NCBI GenBank assembly: GCA_024626585.2
Contig: JANKJI020000002.1
Span: 34,480,535 to 34,501,584, forward strand
Source: Ginkgo biloba
Taxonomy: Eukaryota; Plantae; Ginkgophyta
Direction: 5' to 3'
DNA: 21,050 nucleotides
Shown: positions 20,896 to 21,050 of the stretch, piece after piece
Layout of the letters: every line of letters begins with the position of its first letter
Numbering within the stretch: the stretch's first letter is position 1
Position numbers and translations under genes: made by a program
The notes under the pieces: model-generated
What the model saw: only the letters and a program-made list of their open reading frames with translations
What the model was told of the DNA's origin: nothing
Databases searched by the model: none

Positions 20896-21050
20896 CTCCT
20901 ACTAATGGAAGTTAGTGGAGTAGGAAATCAAGAGATTCTTCTTATTGTTCTTTCTATGTAATTGATCTATTCTTGTCCAATGTAAAAGTGAGTCATAAAT
21001 GATTTTTTCTTAAGAGAAGACCATAATTGGAATGAATCATATAAAATCTA

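Overview
Plant nuclear DNA from a gappy scaffold: 11 N-runs, five of them exactly 100 N and so probably of unknown true size. A seed plant, probably a gymnosperm, is inferred from the Tat-type domain order and the old, CpG-depleted TE landscape. The only intact host gene sequence is the last two exons of a TBL12-like (TRICHOME BIREFRINGENCE-LIKE / PC-esterase O-acetyltransferase) gene on + (2870-3119, 3550-3858). Most of the rest is decayed Ty3/gypsy debris. On + there are chromovirus-type PR-RT-RH-INT (4357-6545), gag-PR (6600-7241), RT-RH (17960-18690) and gag (19740-20575) fragments. On - there is a Tat-type complex (9171-15715) with a PPT, a 3' LTR and two diverged copies of the archaeal-type RNase H module upstream of RT. 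The least explained part is a CpG-retaining, non-TE-looking island at about 7620-8920. It holds a 31-bp duplication and a palindrome-of-palindromes array that can fold into a ~130-nt hairpin and carries clustered GTAC (SBP/SPL-type) cores. This is the best candidate for something undescribed, but its function is a hypothesis only. No prokaryotic systems, CRISPR arrays, tRNA or rRNA were found.
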